Source of the DNA: Amoebophrya sp. A120
Lineage: Eukaryota > Protista > Dinoflagellata
Direction of reading: 5' to 3'
Length of the DNA stretch: 64,000 nucleotides
Assembly: GCA_905178155.1 (NCBI GenBank)
Contig: CAJINV010000001.1
Location: 11,887,832-11,951,831, forward strand
A model generated the notes under the pieces. It was not told the origin of the DNA. It saw only the letters and a program-made list of their open reading frames with translations, and did not search any database. The position numbers were made by a program, and so were the translations under genes. Of the stretch, positions 14,401 to 26,712 are shown piece by piece. The number at the start of each line of letters is the position of its first letter. The first letter of the stretch is position 1.

Positions 14401-17400
14401 GCCAGATGTACCACTACCAGCACCAGGACTACAATGAGATGAACGCGGCTTACCAGCACATGAACTATAACGGCGGAGCGAACGAGTGGTACCCGATGCG
14501 ACCAGCGTCTGGCGGGCCGATCGACAACACGGGCGGCAACATGCTGCACAACATCATGGGCGCTGCTGGCAACGCGAACGCGGGTCCTCAGGACATGATG
14601 GGAGGAGGGGGTCCGGGTGGTAAGCGACAAATGCCACTAGGCGGGCTGAATCCCGGTGGAGCTGACATGGGGCAACAGATGCAGTACGGAGGACCACAAA
14701 CCGGCACGACGTCGGGGGGACTCGGAAACGCGGATTCTAATACCTTCCAACCGCAGCAGACCAGCGCGATGAACTTCACACCGCCACGCGATCACGGTTC
14801 CACGGGCCACACGGCACAGCCGTTTTCGCCGGGCTTGGTCCAGGACTTTGTGAAAACGGACCAGTTGGCGGTGAACGAATCGCTGATGAGCGAGGAGGAC
14901 ACGAACATCCGGAGACCCTTGTCCGCGATGGAGTTGCGGGGCGGGGGTCAACAACCGCGGGACCAGCAGGGCGCTGCGAACTCGGACTTTGGCGGCTGGC
15001 CGCAGCTCAACGGGAATGCCGCGCTCGGAGGTCATCTCATGGAGACGCCGAACAGCAGACAAGGCCCGCCGGGCTATTCCGACGAAGAGCAGCAAGCCTG
15101 GGCGAACAATATGGCTATGGGCAATGGACAGATGATGGACCAATCGATGATGATGCAGAATCCGCAGATGCTGCAAAATCCGCAGATGATGCAAAATCAA
15201 TCGCAGCAAATGATGGGCGGGAATCCCAACATGGCGTTTCAAGCCAACCAAGCAAACGCTTGGGGGCAGCAGCAGGGAGGCGCAAACGACATGCAGATGC
15301 AGATGGGAGGTGGTCCACCGCAGCCAGGGTTGTCGCAGCCACAGCCGCGCGTCGCGCAGCCGCAAGGCGCGAACCCCTTCAACAACACAAGCATGTCTGA
15401 CCAAGAGATGCTGCGGAACACGATTCTGCAGGAGCAGCAGTCCGACTCTGCGCACGGTGTCGAGATGGGCATGTTTGGTCAGCAACAGAACATGGTGAAC
15501 GCGGCGCAGCAGAGCAAGCAACATCCTTCAAACCAACAGACGTTTTCTGCAGACTCGCGCATGAATGAGCACCTCGCCCGGCAGATGAACGACCAACCCG
15601 CGCAGCCGCAGACGTGGGCCGCGACGGTTTCTGCCGCAGTCGCGAGCACGCAGCAGCAACAAGCAGCTTCGCAGCAGGCAAATATGGCCGCTCAACAACA
15701 GCAGTCCGATGGTGCCACATCAACATCGCAGCCGCAGAACAACAACATCCCACCGCCAAAGCTTTCCATGTCATCCGTTCCGCCTAAGGTTCCGCCTCCA
15801 CCGCCGCCACCACCGCCGCCGAGCTTGCCACCGTTCATTCCGAGCGGAAACTTCTCGGCGACGTCCTCAGTTGGCGAAAACGTGAAGCCGGAATTCCGGG
15901 ATATGCTGCCGCCCCCGACGTCACACCTTCCGCAGCATTTGATCTCCTCCGGCGACAGCTCGGCGTCGAACAGCGGCCAGCCCAGCAAGGGCGCCTCGGG
16001 CCAGCCCAGCGCCTCTAGCTCGCAGCCGCCGAACATGAAGGGGGCCGGGAAGATGAAGCCGACGAGTCCACCAGAATCGAGCTTCAACGGCGGCGGGGGT
16101 CTGCAGCGATTGGGGTCCTCTTCCTCGCGGTCGAATTTGCCACTAGACCAGCAATCCGAGATGTCAAATCGGAACAGCAAGGAATCGATGCGAAACTCCA
16201 GCTACCCAACCGCGACTGCATCCACGGACAGCAAGCGCGCGGTTTACGACAGCTTCAACCGCCGACAGCCCTCCCGCGGCTCCGCCTTGCCCCCGGGCTC
16301 CGCGGGGTATTCCGCGCTAGCGGGGAACACCGGCGGGGGTGGAGAGAACGGCAATTCTGCCACTTCTAACACGCAGAATGGTGGCAAGGGTCTGACGCGG
16401 AACTACGGGTCGCGGGAGCACCTGCACCGTCCGACGGAACCCGGCTCTCTGTTTGAGGGGAGCCACAGGAGAGAACCGGTGCCGGCATCGTCCTCTTCCT
16501 CCAGCCATCAGCAGTCGCCGCAAGAAGTGACAGACAGCTGCTGTGCAAAGTCGCCAGAAGAGAATTCCGAGTTTATCCTGAGTAAAAACGTACCCACACC
16601 AGAGTTGTAATGCAAATCTGCATGCTGAAAATGTTTCTCATGCGGAGCCCCATGAGAAGCGTTTTCTAGTCGTGTTGTGCAATTTGTCATGCTCCAATCA
16701 GCATGGTATGCTAGATATGTGATGCTGCTGAGCTAGCTCAAACAGCACTACACTACGAATCCAAATTTGTCATGCAAAACAGCCAAAACTTGTGGACTTG
16801 TCTAGCCGATTCCCCATCTTGACTATGGTGTGGGTACGTTTTTACTCAGGATAGAGTTTCCGTGCGTGGAATCCCCGCCCTTCCCCAGCCCGGACAGCGA
16901 ATGGACCACGTCTCCTTGCGATAATGGTGGGAACGGGACATCAAACCATTGGAGCCACCAGCAGAACACGGGAAACAGCGCAGCTTCTAGCAGCAGCTCT
17001 TTCACGCTGAATGCGTCTAGCGGAAAGAAGGGGCCCGCGGCGGGCGGCGCTTCCTCGACGTCCAAAGGAGGTTCATCTGCGTCCGGGGCGCAGCAGCTAC
17101 AGCTGCACGTCGGGCAGACGGCGCGGGCAAAAGGTAGTTCAACTGAGGGAGTTGCGACGGATTTTGCCGGGGGCGGGCAAAGCCAGCAAATGCAGCTGAA
17201 CATGGTCGGTGGTCAACACCAGCAGTTTGGAGGTTCCTCACAACCGTCCTCGCAGCAGCCATTTAACGACGGACCCCCTCCTGGCATCCTGGTACAGCAG
17301 CCGCACAGCTCGTCCCAAAGTACCTCGTCTCCCTCGCACCACATGGACGCGCAGAGTGCCGTGAATCTGCAGCAGTCCGGTGGTACGCAAACTTACCATC

Positions 17401-18448
17401 AGCAGACGCCCAATTCGTACAGCGACCGACCCACGCCGCGCAACCTGTACAGCCACTTTTCGCAGGAGGACGACAGTAACTCTGTTGTGCCGCAGTCGGG
17501 CGGGGACCAACATCAGCCGGGGAACAAGGACAGTTGGAATAACAAGCAGTACAACCACAAACAGGAGTCATCAACATCCGCGGAACCTTCCGGTCTGAAA
17601 ATCGGTACCAAGCCGTCTGCGCCGAGTTCGCAGCTGACGCCGGCTTTGAGTCAGGATCAGCAGCAGAGTGGCGGCAGTCAGCAGAGCTCGACCGCCGGCA
17701 GCAACAGTGCCGCGCAGAACAACATCGGTCCTCCGCCGCCCATGCTGAACATCGGTTTCGACCACAACAGTCTACCGAAGCGCCCACTGATTTCCGTGGA
17801 CCAGCACTGCAATCCGGACGTCGGGCCTCCACCGGGCGTGACGCCACCGAACTTCGGCGGGGGTGCGAGCAAGCAGTTCGGCCAAAACATAGCAGGAGCT
17901 GTTCCGCCGTCGAATAGTACTAGCGCAGGTCCGCAGTCCGCACAGCAGCAGAATAAGGGGGCCCACAACTTTCCGCTGAATTTCCCCTCCGGGCCACCAC
18001 CGCCGTTGCCAAGCGGGTTCTTGAACCAAAACTCCGGAAATAATTCGGGCAGCAACAATCCGAACCCAAGCATCCACCCACGGGTACCCATGCCGCGCGG
18101 GCCCCCGGAGCAAATTCCGACGGTCCCGGTGTCGCTGCCGAAGGTGGACACGCCTAATCACACCACGTGGAACACGACCGCCGACCGCAGCAATGACCGC
18201 TCGTTTTCTCGCGAGACCGTGTCGGTCGCCGCGGCGCGAGGTATGAATCCTTTGTGGTAGTGACAGCTGCCATGTGCTAGCTGCGCTTTGCCATGATGTG
18301 CTATCATCTTCGGAAGGCAAGCCAGTGGTGTCTCCGGATATTTGTACGCATAACTCCTGTAGGTGGTCAACAAGCGGCTGCCGCAGAGAAGAACCCTCTG
18401 CAGGGCGCACCAAAAGTAGACGGAGGACGCTTGCGGGGCGGCAAGTAG
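8485..18448 (+). CDS. CCR4: CCR4/CNOT6-type EEP deadenylase (no LRR seen) with long low-complexity N- and C-terminal extensions; multi-exon with 4 introners. Start (8485) and last exon (18363-18448) are tentative
   Basis: IMNWNVLADLYA..QYPYC..ALSW..RK, ADIVTLQEVQ, EGCATFF, NTHILADPEFTDVKLWQ, VCGDFNSTP, YTNYTEDFTGTLDYIWF, PSDHISL. An upstream Cys/His segment (YRW.RG...C..H...FYCSREC...W) resembles plant CCR4a/b. Phases checked by hand across GT-AG introns and introners. Confidence 0.85.
8870..9328. mobile_element. IR introner, family C (459 bp, carries a nested insertion)
   Basis: TIR TATCGACAGGAAAAATCCCCCCTCCCCATATC / GATATGGGGAGGGGGGATTTTTGCTTTTGATA; TSD TCTGA at 8865-8869 and 9329-9333; removing 464 nt joins MNVGDL to T-ATTTTSNG...MGAQP in frame. 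Confidence 0.92.
9120..9271. repeat. 122-bp insertion (9135-9256) flanked by a 15-bp direct repeat CTCAAATCAGCAACA, inside the family C introner
   Basis: Repeat copies at 9120-9134 and 9257-9271. Removing 137 nt gives 322 bp, close to the 321-bp sister element at 12611-12931, which has a single copy of the homologous site. Confidence 0.8.
12064..12325. mobile_element. IR introner, family B (262 bp, opposite orientation to 1693)
   Basis: TATGAAGTGTAAAAATGTCTGGGTCTGGAAGA...TCTTCCAGACCCAGACACTTTTACAATCCATA; TSD AAGCG at 12059-12063 and 12326-12330; excision gives CLREKRTVEFDEE. Confidence 0.93.
12611..12931. mobile_element. IR introner, family C (321 bp, opposite orientation to 8870)
   Basis: TATTGTGAGGAAAAATCCCCCCTCCCCATATCG...CGATATGGGGAGGGGGGATTTTTCCCGTTGATA; TSD GAAGC at 12606-12610 and 12932-12936; excision gives LEDLVQKPDMST. 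Confidence 0.93.
16574..16853. mobile_element. IR introner, family D (280 bp)
   Basis: Perfect 28-bp TIR TATCCTGAGTAAAAACGTACCCACACCA; TSD GAGTT at 16569-16573 and 16854-16858; removing 285 nt fuses ORFs 14283 and 16830 (EENSEFPCVES). Confidence 0.94.
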
Positions 18449-19434
18449 TCGGGAGAACTGCTGCAGCCAACCCGACATCATAGCCAGAACACGCGACAGA
18501 GCCACATCAATTTTGTCCACCTAATAGGTCGAGTCGAGAGTGCTTGCAGTCGGAAATAAGCGGTGTTGGAACATCCGAATCGAGCATTGCGACACGCCTG
18601 TTGAAAGAACCCAAGACGCATGATTTCGCACGACCGGGGTAGATGGATTCTTCATCGCAGAAGATGGAATCTGCCGAAGTTGTGTCTGCGGTCTGCTCTT
18701 GTGACCCGAGGGACTATTACAACTACGATCAAATTGTAACCAAGACATCATTCGATGTTGTTTGATCAGAGGCGACGATTAGCACATCATTCCGATCATC
18801 ATTGTAAAAGTAACCCTTTTGACAACTATAGCCTTCAAAAATCCATTAGGCATCACGTTCTAGAAAAAACTTTTAAAAAAATTTTCAAAAAAAAAGCGCT
18901 GAGACCAAATCCGACGGCACTGAATGTTGTTGCCTCGGATTTCTGTGTTTGTGTATGGCGGGCACGACTGTTGCACCTGCTATGCGCGATAATTCAGTTT
19001 TTCAAGTGTTCGCGGAAATAGTCTTTGTTTCGTCAGAGGCTCGCGCGAATTTGCTGGTGTACGTAGATATAATTATCCGTGTGTGGTCAACTTCAACTGG
19101 AGGGAGAGGAAAAGAACAAGCAAAGCCGAAGGGCAATGAGAGAATTAATGATCTACTGGCCTGAATCATCCAAAGCTTTTCATCTTTGTGTAACTGGGAC
19201 GGAAATCACTACGCCTACCAAAGCACGTGGATCTAGAAAGAGCAGGTCATACGTATTACCTATGTTTGTTCTAGGCCGCGACTACTTATGCTGTTTGTCT
19301 CAGCGTTTTTGTTTGTGTCAGCACACTTTTTCGCGCCACTTCTCATTTTCCGACTTTTTCGTCCAGTAGGCATGCATAGAAGGCAAAGAAAGTTGTTCGA
19401 CCTGTTTGATTGATCCACAACGCAACTCTTGAAG

Positions 19435-21267
19435 ATGTCGCAGAGAGCAAGGAAGAAACAATCGTTGGAGCGGTCAACGCCCAGTTTGTCATCCAGTAGC
19501 TCAGAAGAACGGAAGAGCGTCGAAAAGCCAGTTGCAGACGACGAGAGCAGCGGGGATGAACTAGTGATGGCGGTCGGGAAGACGAACAAGAGACCGAGAC
19601 TCCCATCGAAAAGCGAAGACAATATGGTGTTCGCGAAAAATGCAGTTTCGAATGGTAAAAAAACAGCTGCGGCGGGTGCCTCCCCCAATTCCGCCATGAA
19701 AGCGAGTATGAAAGCGGCTCCGTCGTCTGCGAAGAAAAATGCGGCTGCAAATTACGTCCCAGACTCCTCAAATTCAGGACCTGCTAGTCGTGCCGGCAAT
19801 GGCAATAACTCGGGATCTGCGTCCTCCAGCTCTTCTAGCAGCGGAAACCAGAGGTTATTTCAACAGCAACAAACCAATCAGAAGAAGCCAGTCGCGGTAC
19901 CAAAGAATGTTGACTCGCAGCCTCCATTAGAAGCTTCTCCCGAGGAAGACAGCAATGACAGCAGCGCAGTAGGCGGGAACAATTTTCAAAACGGGAACAC
20001 CGACAGCCAAATGAGCAGCTTTGAGAACAAGACTGGCCGGTCGGCTGCTACTTCCTCCCAGCAAGTGATGAAAAAACAGAACTTGTACGGTGCCGCGCAG
20101 AACCTCTACTATACCTCAAAGGAATATTTGGATCGATTGTCAGAGGAGCAAAGACTCTTGAAGAGAAAGCGCGACAAGTTTGTGTACCGCGAGCCCGAGT
20201 TTATTTCTGATGCGGAAGTGGCCGATGCGGAGGCACAGAACGACATGAAATCCGCCTTACTGCTCTCCCCGCGCTCCGCCGCCCTGCGCGGTTTGACAAA
20301 AATCACAAAGCACAACGGGCGAAGCGGGAAACAGGACTTGATTTCAAGAATTCTCTGCCGTTGGTGGTACTGCTCTCCGGTTGTTGTAGAGAGTGACGAA
20401 GTGGAAAAGGAAAAGCAAGCAGCTTACGCGACGCAACAACTGGAGAAAAACAAGTTCGCGAAACTTTCTTTCGAAGATTTTTACGAGAAAGTGCGGAAGT
20501 ATGGATGTGTCAGAATCGAAATCGACAAAGTTGAAATAACTTGTAATGCAGAAAATGGATGAAAGTTGCAACCCAGTTGCCAAGTGGCGCATGACAAATT
20601 TGGGTAGAGCCGAAATCCAGTCTGTCATGCTGTTTGGGTAAGGAAGCCGCCTTTTGTCATGCTACTTAAGCAGCTCTATTTCTACCCCGAAACAGGCGTA
20701 CAATCTGCCCCCCTTGCCTACTCTGCAAGACAGGCACTTTCTGCGTTGCATTTTATGCATGACAAACTATTTCAACTTTGACGATTTCAAAGCTGACAGT
20801 TCCATAGGGAGCCCGCAGATGATTTCGACGCGGAGCAGGCGGCGGCGGCCGAAAGTATCGCCGGAGATGGTAGCAAAAGCAAGAAAAAGAGTGGAAAGAA
20901 AAAAACGAAAGCCGAGCTGAACAAAGAAAGGCAAGAGTTCGAAAAAACGCTCGTTCACTTCGTCTACGAGATGGGCGACTTTCCCGGCGTGTTTCGGAAC
21001 TTCAAGGGCGACCTGTTCGACTTTCGGAAACCGAGGATGTGCTACAATCTACTGGAGAAGAAGACGGAAGCGGAGCTGAAAGTCCTACTGGAAACGGGGT
21101 TGCGGAACCAGCGATCCGCGTTAGAGGAAAAGATGGAGAAGAACAAGTGGAGCTTTCCCTACGACACGGACCTTTGGGAAGATTTGACCAGGCAGCTGGA
21201 CGAAATTGTGGCCAGTATCGCACGGGGAAAGACAAAGAAAAAGACGGAAAATAATGGAAAGCTGTGA
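19435..21267 (+). CDS. Hypothetical protein, about 506 aa; exons 19435-20499, 20812-21267
   Basis: Low-complexity N-terminal half. C-terminal globular-looking segment (RILCRWWYC...EMGDFPGVFRNFKGDLFDFR) is joined in frame after introner removal. Confidence 0.75.
20500..20806. mobile_element. IR introner, family E (307 bp)
   Basis: TATGGATGTGTCAGAATCGAAATCGACAAAGTTGAAATA / TATTTCAACTTTGACGATTTCAAAGCTGACAGTTCCATA; imperfect TSD GGAAG (20495-20499) / GGGAG (20807-20811); removing 312 nt keeps the frame. Confidence 0.9.
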
Positions 21268-21714
21268 CGAGCGAACACAGAGACTGAAGTACTATGTGAA
21301 CCAGATGTAGGAAAACTGTTAGCGCAATACGGCTGTCTCATAGAAGTAGAGAAGATTTGTGCGTGGAAAGAATGTTTTCCGACGGAGCTTACTTCCTTGT
21401 ACTGATCGATGTTCTAGTCGTGTACTCCGGTAGCAAGATGGCAGAGATCTTCTTCAGAGGGGAAAACTACGCCGGAGAGAGACTGGAAGGTGGTCAAAAC
21501 TTAGAACACATCCTGGTAAAAATCTTCTTCGTCATTTTTCTGATGCAGTCAGGCTAGTTCGTTGTGAGGTAGAAGATCTTGTAGCTTGTCTGCCTATATT
21601 TTTATGAACCACCTCTAGCGACACGACTGGAACGGATTTCTAGTACCGCAAAGTTCGTATTAATAGCGCTGCATGGACACTTGTTGCAGACGAAGTCCAA
21701 GAGCAACTCAAAAG

Positions 21715-24700
21715 ATGGCGAGTACTGCTGCTTCCTCCTCCAAGGCTAACAACAAGCGGCCGCAGAAAAAGGGGAAGCAGCCTCAGGATCCAGAGGCGGA
21801 CAAGTTGTTTGCGAAGTTGCAGCAGCAGGAGCTGCGGAGACAGAGCAGACGCGAAGTGGAGGAGGAGGACGACGAGGAGGACGAGGAGGACAGCGAGGAC
21901 GAAGATTACGGCTGCGAAATGTTGAAAAGTCACGTCAAATTTGAAATCTTTAGTTCTTCGCAACTGTTGACATGGGAACGTGAATTATTCCTTTCACTCT
22001 TGTTTGTAATCGTTCAATGTCCACCCTCTTATTGGGAATTTGCTTTCTGCAAGATCAAGTGTTGACTTCGTGACTCGAGCATTTCGCTAGCATAAATCAG
22101 AGTCCTCCGACGAAGAATCCGAGTCAGATGATGACTCAGACGAAGAGGAGGAGAGCGACGTATGAAGGTGCACAACTTCTCCTCCCCCTCATTTGTATGG
22201 CATCAACAGCATTACAAACACCAGTACAGGCGGACACTGTGCATGACAAGTTCATGCGCGGCCAAGTGTAGTACTGTTTGGATTTCCTGAATTTGTCATG
22301 TACGCGATGCCACAAGGGAGCAAGTAGATTTGGGTTTTTGCATGAGAAATTAGGGGGGACTTGTGCACTGTGATACGACGAGGACTCCGACGACGAGGAT
22401 CCGGACGAGACATATATCAAATGCAAATATAGTCTGGGTCTGGAAGATTGCAACTTGTGATGCTGTCTTCGGATTCGAAAAAAGGCTGTATTGCATGACC
22501 AGCAACAGGAGCCCAGTTTGTGTTACGTGCAGAGGGCATTTCTGATGCGGAATAGGCATCAGGAAGTCCTCTAAAAATCTGTGATGCTAGGTCATGCATT
22601 ACAGGCGTCATGGGTCATACAGGATATGCGTGACAAGCCTGGCAATCTTCCAGATCCAGACGTATTTGCATTTGATAACATTCGCGCGATTGCAACGCGC
22701 CGCGACAAGGAAATACAAACAGGAACAGAAGGCCGCCGAGGATAGCAGCGACGAAGACGAGGACGACGAGGATGACGAAAGTTCGGAGGAAAATAAACCG
22801 CCGTCCGCGAAAAGGCGAAAAGTGTCCGCAGTGGTAGAGAAGGAGAGTAAGGCCAAAGAAGCGTCAACTGCGAAGAAAGGAGGAAAAACCACCACGCCGA
22901 GGCTAGATCCGCAGAAGAGTCCGGTTCCGAAAGCGAAGGCGAAACCAACTACCGGGACGAGTAAAGCGGCCACGCCTGTAGTCGCGGCGAAGGATGCGAA
23001 GTCCGTTGGGAAGGACACTGCATCAAAGACGGGGATATTAAAACCGAAATCCGAGCCTTCGAAAGGAAAGAAGGACAGAGTTTTCGAGGAAAATGACGAA
23101 AGCAAAAAGAAAATTTCCAGTCCAAAGCGCTCGCCGTCCGTATCGCCTCAAGTACTAAAAGAGAAGCCAAAGAAGCCAGCGCCGAAACAAGCATCTGCTG
23201 CGCCATCGGTCGTGGCGTCGGCGCCAACATCGACAGCAAAAAAGCGGAAAAGGTCGCCACAGAAAATCACTATCACCGAACAGATGATCGAAGCAGAACG
23301 CCGCTGGTGGCTGGAGCCCGGCGCCTTCGAGCTGACCGAGAAGAAGTGGAACTCGCTGGAACTCATGGGTTTTGTTTTCCAACCGGAGTATGTTCCGCAC
23401 AACGTGCCCTTGCTGTATGAGAAGAAGCCGATCTACCTTCCTCCCCAAGCGGAGGAGATCGCGACCTGGTGGGTGTCGGTCATTGGGTCACATTATGAGA
23501 AGAGCAAGATTTTTCGCAAGAACTTCTTTGCCGATTTCACACAAACCTTAGCTGCGGAAGCGAAGCTGGTCAAGGCAAAGTTTGCGCTGCCGCCCGCGGG
23601 ATCTGCTGCTAATGCCGCTAATTCTTCCAGCAGCTCTACCGGAACATCAAATGGACACGGCAAGCAGGCGCAAAGCAAAGAAACGCTGCACGAAGCCTAC
23701 TGGTTCCCGCTGCCGAAGGAGGTGGAGAAATCTTTGCTGAGCAAAGAGGGGAAGGCGGAATACTGCAGCTCGCTGCTGACCGTGAAGGACCTGACAAAGT
23801 GCGATTTTTCCAAAATTCACAACCACGTGATGCACCAGCGGGAGAAAATGAAGGCGAAAAACTCTAAGAAAAAAGAGGCCACTCCGATGAAAAAGCAGAA
23901 GAAAAAAAAGAAAGCAGACAGTAGCAAGGATGAAGACGAGAACGCGGATCTCGATGCAGCGGCACAGGCTCATCTGTCCGGTCCGCTACCGAAGTACTGC
24001 CTTTTGGACAAGGCCCGTGAGCCCGTCGGGAATTTCCAGTGCGAGCCACCAGGTTTGTTTCGCGGGCGCGGGCAACACCCGAAGCAGGGGATTGTGAAGC
24101 CCAGGTGCATGCCGAAAGATGTGTGTTTGAACTTGGATCTCAACGCCGAGCCGCCCAAGTGCAGCATCCCTGGGCACTGCTGGGGGGACATTTACCACGA
24201 CAACACGGTCTCCCTGCTCGGCTCCTTCTTGAACAAGCAAAAGTACATTCAAGTTGCCACCTCCTCCGCCGTGAAGATGCAGCCGGATGCGTTGAAGTAC
24301 GAGAAAGCGCGCAAACTGCACAAGGTGATTGAAAAAATTCGCAAGGACTACATGAAGAAAATCCAGAAAACGGCAGGAGCGGAAATCACATCCGTGAAGG
24401 ACTTCAACCACCGCTTGTCCACCGTGCGGGAACATTTCGGCTACACCGGCCGGAACTTCTCTGTGGAAGAGCAGAAGCACGGTAGCAATCCAGACGCGGC
24501 GGTTTTTGTCGGGTGTCAGAAGCAGACCGCGTTTTGCGATTTCCAGTATGCGGTGAAGAAGGGGCAGCAGCTCGGTTGCGCGGCTTATCTGATCGACAAA
24601 CTCGCTTTGCGCGTCGGCAACACGAAGGATGAGGACGAGGAGGCGGACACGGTTGGGTGCACCACGCTGCGCGTCGAGCATGTCATTTGCCAAGGGAAGG

Positions 24701-26169
24701 TTGTGGCGCTGAAAGAGGAGGAGCTGAGTAGTTCTGTTCTCCCATCAGACCAAAACCAACCGCTGCCAAACAGCGATGAAAAGAACAATCCTCGCAGCAG
24801 CGCGAACGCGCTCGAGGTCCCCTACAATCCCGTGGAGGACATTCGGCAAATGTCTCGGGAGCACAGCAAGGAGGACGTGCAGCCAAGCCCCTTACACGGC
24901 GCGGAGCCGGTCTTGCGTCGGAGCGCTGCCGTGCGCCAGAGCTTCGACGAGAAACTGCTGAAGGAGCATCTGGAGTACCGCTTGAAGTTTTCCTTTCTCG
25001 GGAAAGACTCCGTCCCGTACGAAAACGAGGTTTTGGTCCCGGAGGAGGTGTACAACTGCGTGCAGCAACTGCAGCAGCGGAAGAAGAAGAAGGACTTGCT
25101 GTTTGATTTGATCGACAGTAGCGATCTAAACGCGTACTTCAAGGAGTTTTTGCCGGGATTGTCCGCAAAAGTTTTCCGCACCTACAACGCATCGATCACG
25201 TTGGAACAGGAACTGGGGAAATTCTCGTGGGAAACGCTGAAACAGGAATTCTACCGCAAGCACCAGGCGGAGACGGCGAAGTTTGATCAGGTCATTTTCA
25301 ACAGCACTGCGAAGAACAAAAGTAAAGAGGATTTGGCGATTCTGAACGAAAAATTGGAGCAGTTGTACGAGAAGCAGAAGCCGCAGCTACTGGTACATTT
25401 TTACAACCAGGCGAACCGGGCGGTCGCGGTGCTCTGCAACCACCAACGCAACGTCGCAGCGACGCACGAGGGGCAGATGGACGTGCTGCAGCAGAAGCTG
25501 GATTTCTTGAAGGAGGAAATCGAGTTTCTGAAGGACCACATGCGGGAATGGAAGGGGTGCAAGTCGGAGGCGGCGCGAAAGAAGCTGTTGAAGAAGTCGG
25601 AGCAAGGGCTGCAGGACCTCCACGAGCAGCAGAATATAGCAAATCAGGAGAAAATATCAAACGGGTTAAATGGAGGTGATAATTCAACATCGCCGAACAA
25701 GCAAGGTGGAACTGGAACAACTTCTGCAGCAGGAAAAAAGAAGACCCAGGAGTCGCCCTCCCGAGAAGTCAGTTCTCCCGCTGTCGGCGCCGCGGCCGCG
25801 GGAAGTAGTGCGAAGAGAAATGCAAAGAAGAAGAAGGAGACACAAGAGCAACAAGCAGAAGCAGCGGCTAGTACCGCCCAGCAGGTGAAATTTAACCTGA
25901 AGTCCGTCCCGGGGAAGCTGGAGTCTTGCAAGGAGAAATTGCTTTCGCTATCGCAGGTGCTGGTCCGCACGGAGGACTTAATGAAGCGGCGGGAGGAGAA
26001 CAAGAACGTTGCCTTGGGCACGTCGAAAATCAATTACATGGACCCGAGAATCACGATCTCGTTTTGCAAAAGGGTAAATCTAGAGGTCAACAAGGTGTTT
26101 AACAAGGCAATCCTGAGCAAGTTCCCCTGGGCCGTGGACTGCGACCAGGACTTTGAATTTCAGCAGTGA
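21715..26169 (+). CDS. TOP1: DNA topoisomerase IB, about 1258 aa; exons 21715-21910, 22101-22160, 22381-22414, 22683-26169
   Basis: KWNSLE, EPPGLFRGRGQHPK, KYEKARKL, LIDKLALRVGN, ADTVGCTTLRVEH, FLGKDS, LSAKVFRTYNASITL, ANRAVAVLCNHQR, and catalytic GTSKINYMDPRI. First intron (21911-22100) is read as GC-AG. Confidence 0.96.
22161..22375. mobile_element. IR introner, family F (215 bp)
   Basis: TATGAAGGTGCACAACTTCTCCTCCCCCT / AGGGGGGACTTGTGCACTGTGATA (imperfect TIR); TSD CGACG at 22156-22160 and 22376-22380; excision continues the acidic tract EESDEDSDDED. Confidence 0.9.
22415..22677. mobile_element. IR introner, family B (263 bp)
   Basis: TATCAAATGCAAATATAGTCTGGGTCTGGAAGA...TCTTCCAGATCCAGACGTATTTGCATTTGATA; imperfect TSD ACATA (22410-22414) / ACATT (22678-22682); interior is colinear with 1693-1957. 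Confidence 0.92.
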
Positions 26170-26712
26170 GAAATCAGCTGCCGTGAAAGTTTTTTAGATC
26201 GAAACCATGACCGACGTCGTCGGAGTCGACGTGTGGGCGAAAAATTGTGTCATGTGTGAAAAATAAGAGATTTTCAAGCGTAGGCATACTGATATCTAGT
26301 AGTTTGTCGCGCATGTTGCGCAGACAGTACTTGGCGCGGCTGCACGTGTTTTCTATTGGGGGTTTGTGTTTGTCGGTTCGTGTCTTCTGTCGCTGGTCAA
26401 CTGAAAGAGGATTTCGTTTCAGCAACATCAGAACCTCTGCAACAGGGTTCGGTCTTCTACCACTTCTACCATCGTCTTAACTTCGTGTGAGCTGCCATCT
26501 GCATCTCGTGTGCAATGTCCTGAAAAGTAAATGCACTGCGGGTTCGGTCGTGATTATGTCGTGATCGTCTTTCTATTGCGAAGTGTGCCTAAGTGAGGCA
26601 GATGCCGATTTTTTTCTTTTCGCAGTTTGAAAACTGAGCTTCAGTTCCAAAGTAGTTTAGACGCTTAGATACAGTATTTTTTTGAAACTTTCGCCAAGGA
26701 GGATGAATCAAC

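Noticed and set aside
22594-22682. Track N-termini of TOP1 (22594), the Mys fusion (58464) and ORF 16830
   Set aside because: These starts lie inside introners. Recurrent peptides such as KCKNVWVWKIA and NLPDPDIF are translations of the TIR, not protein motifs.
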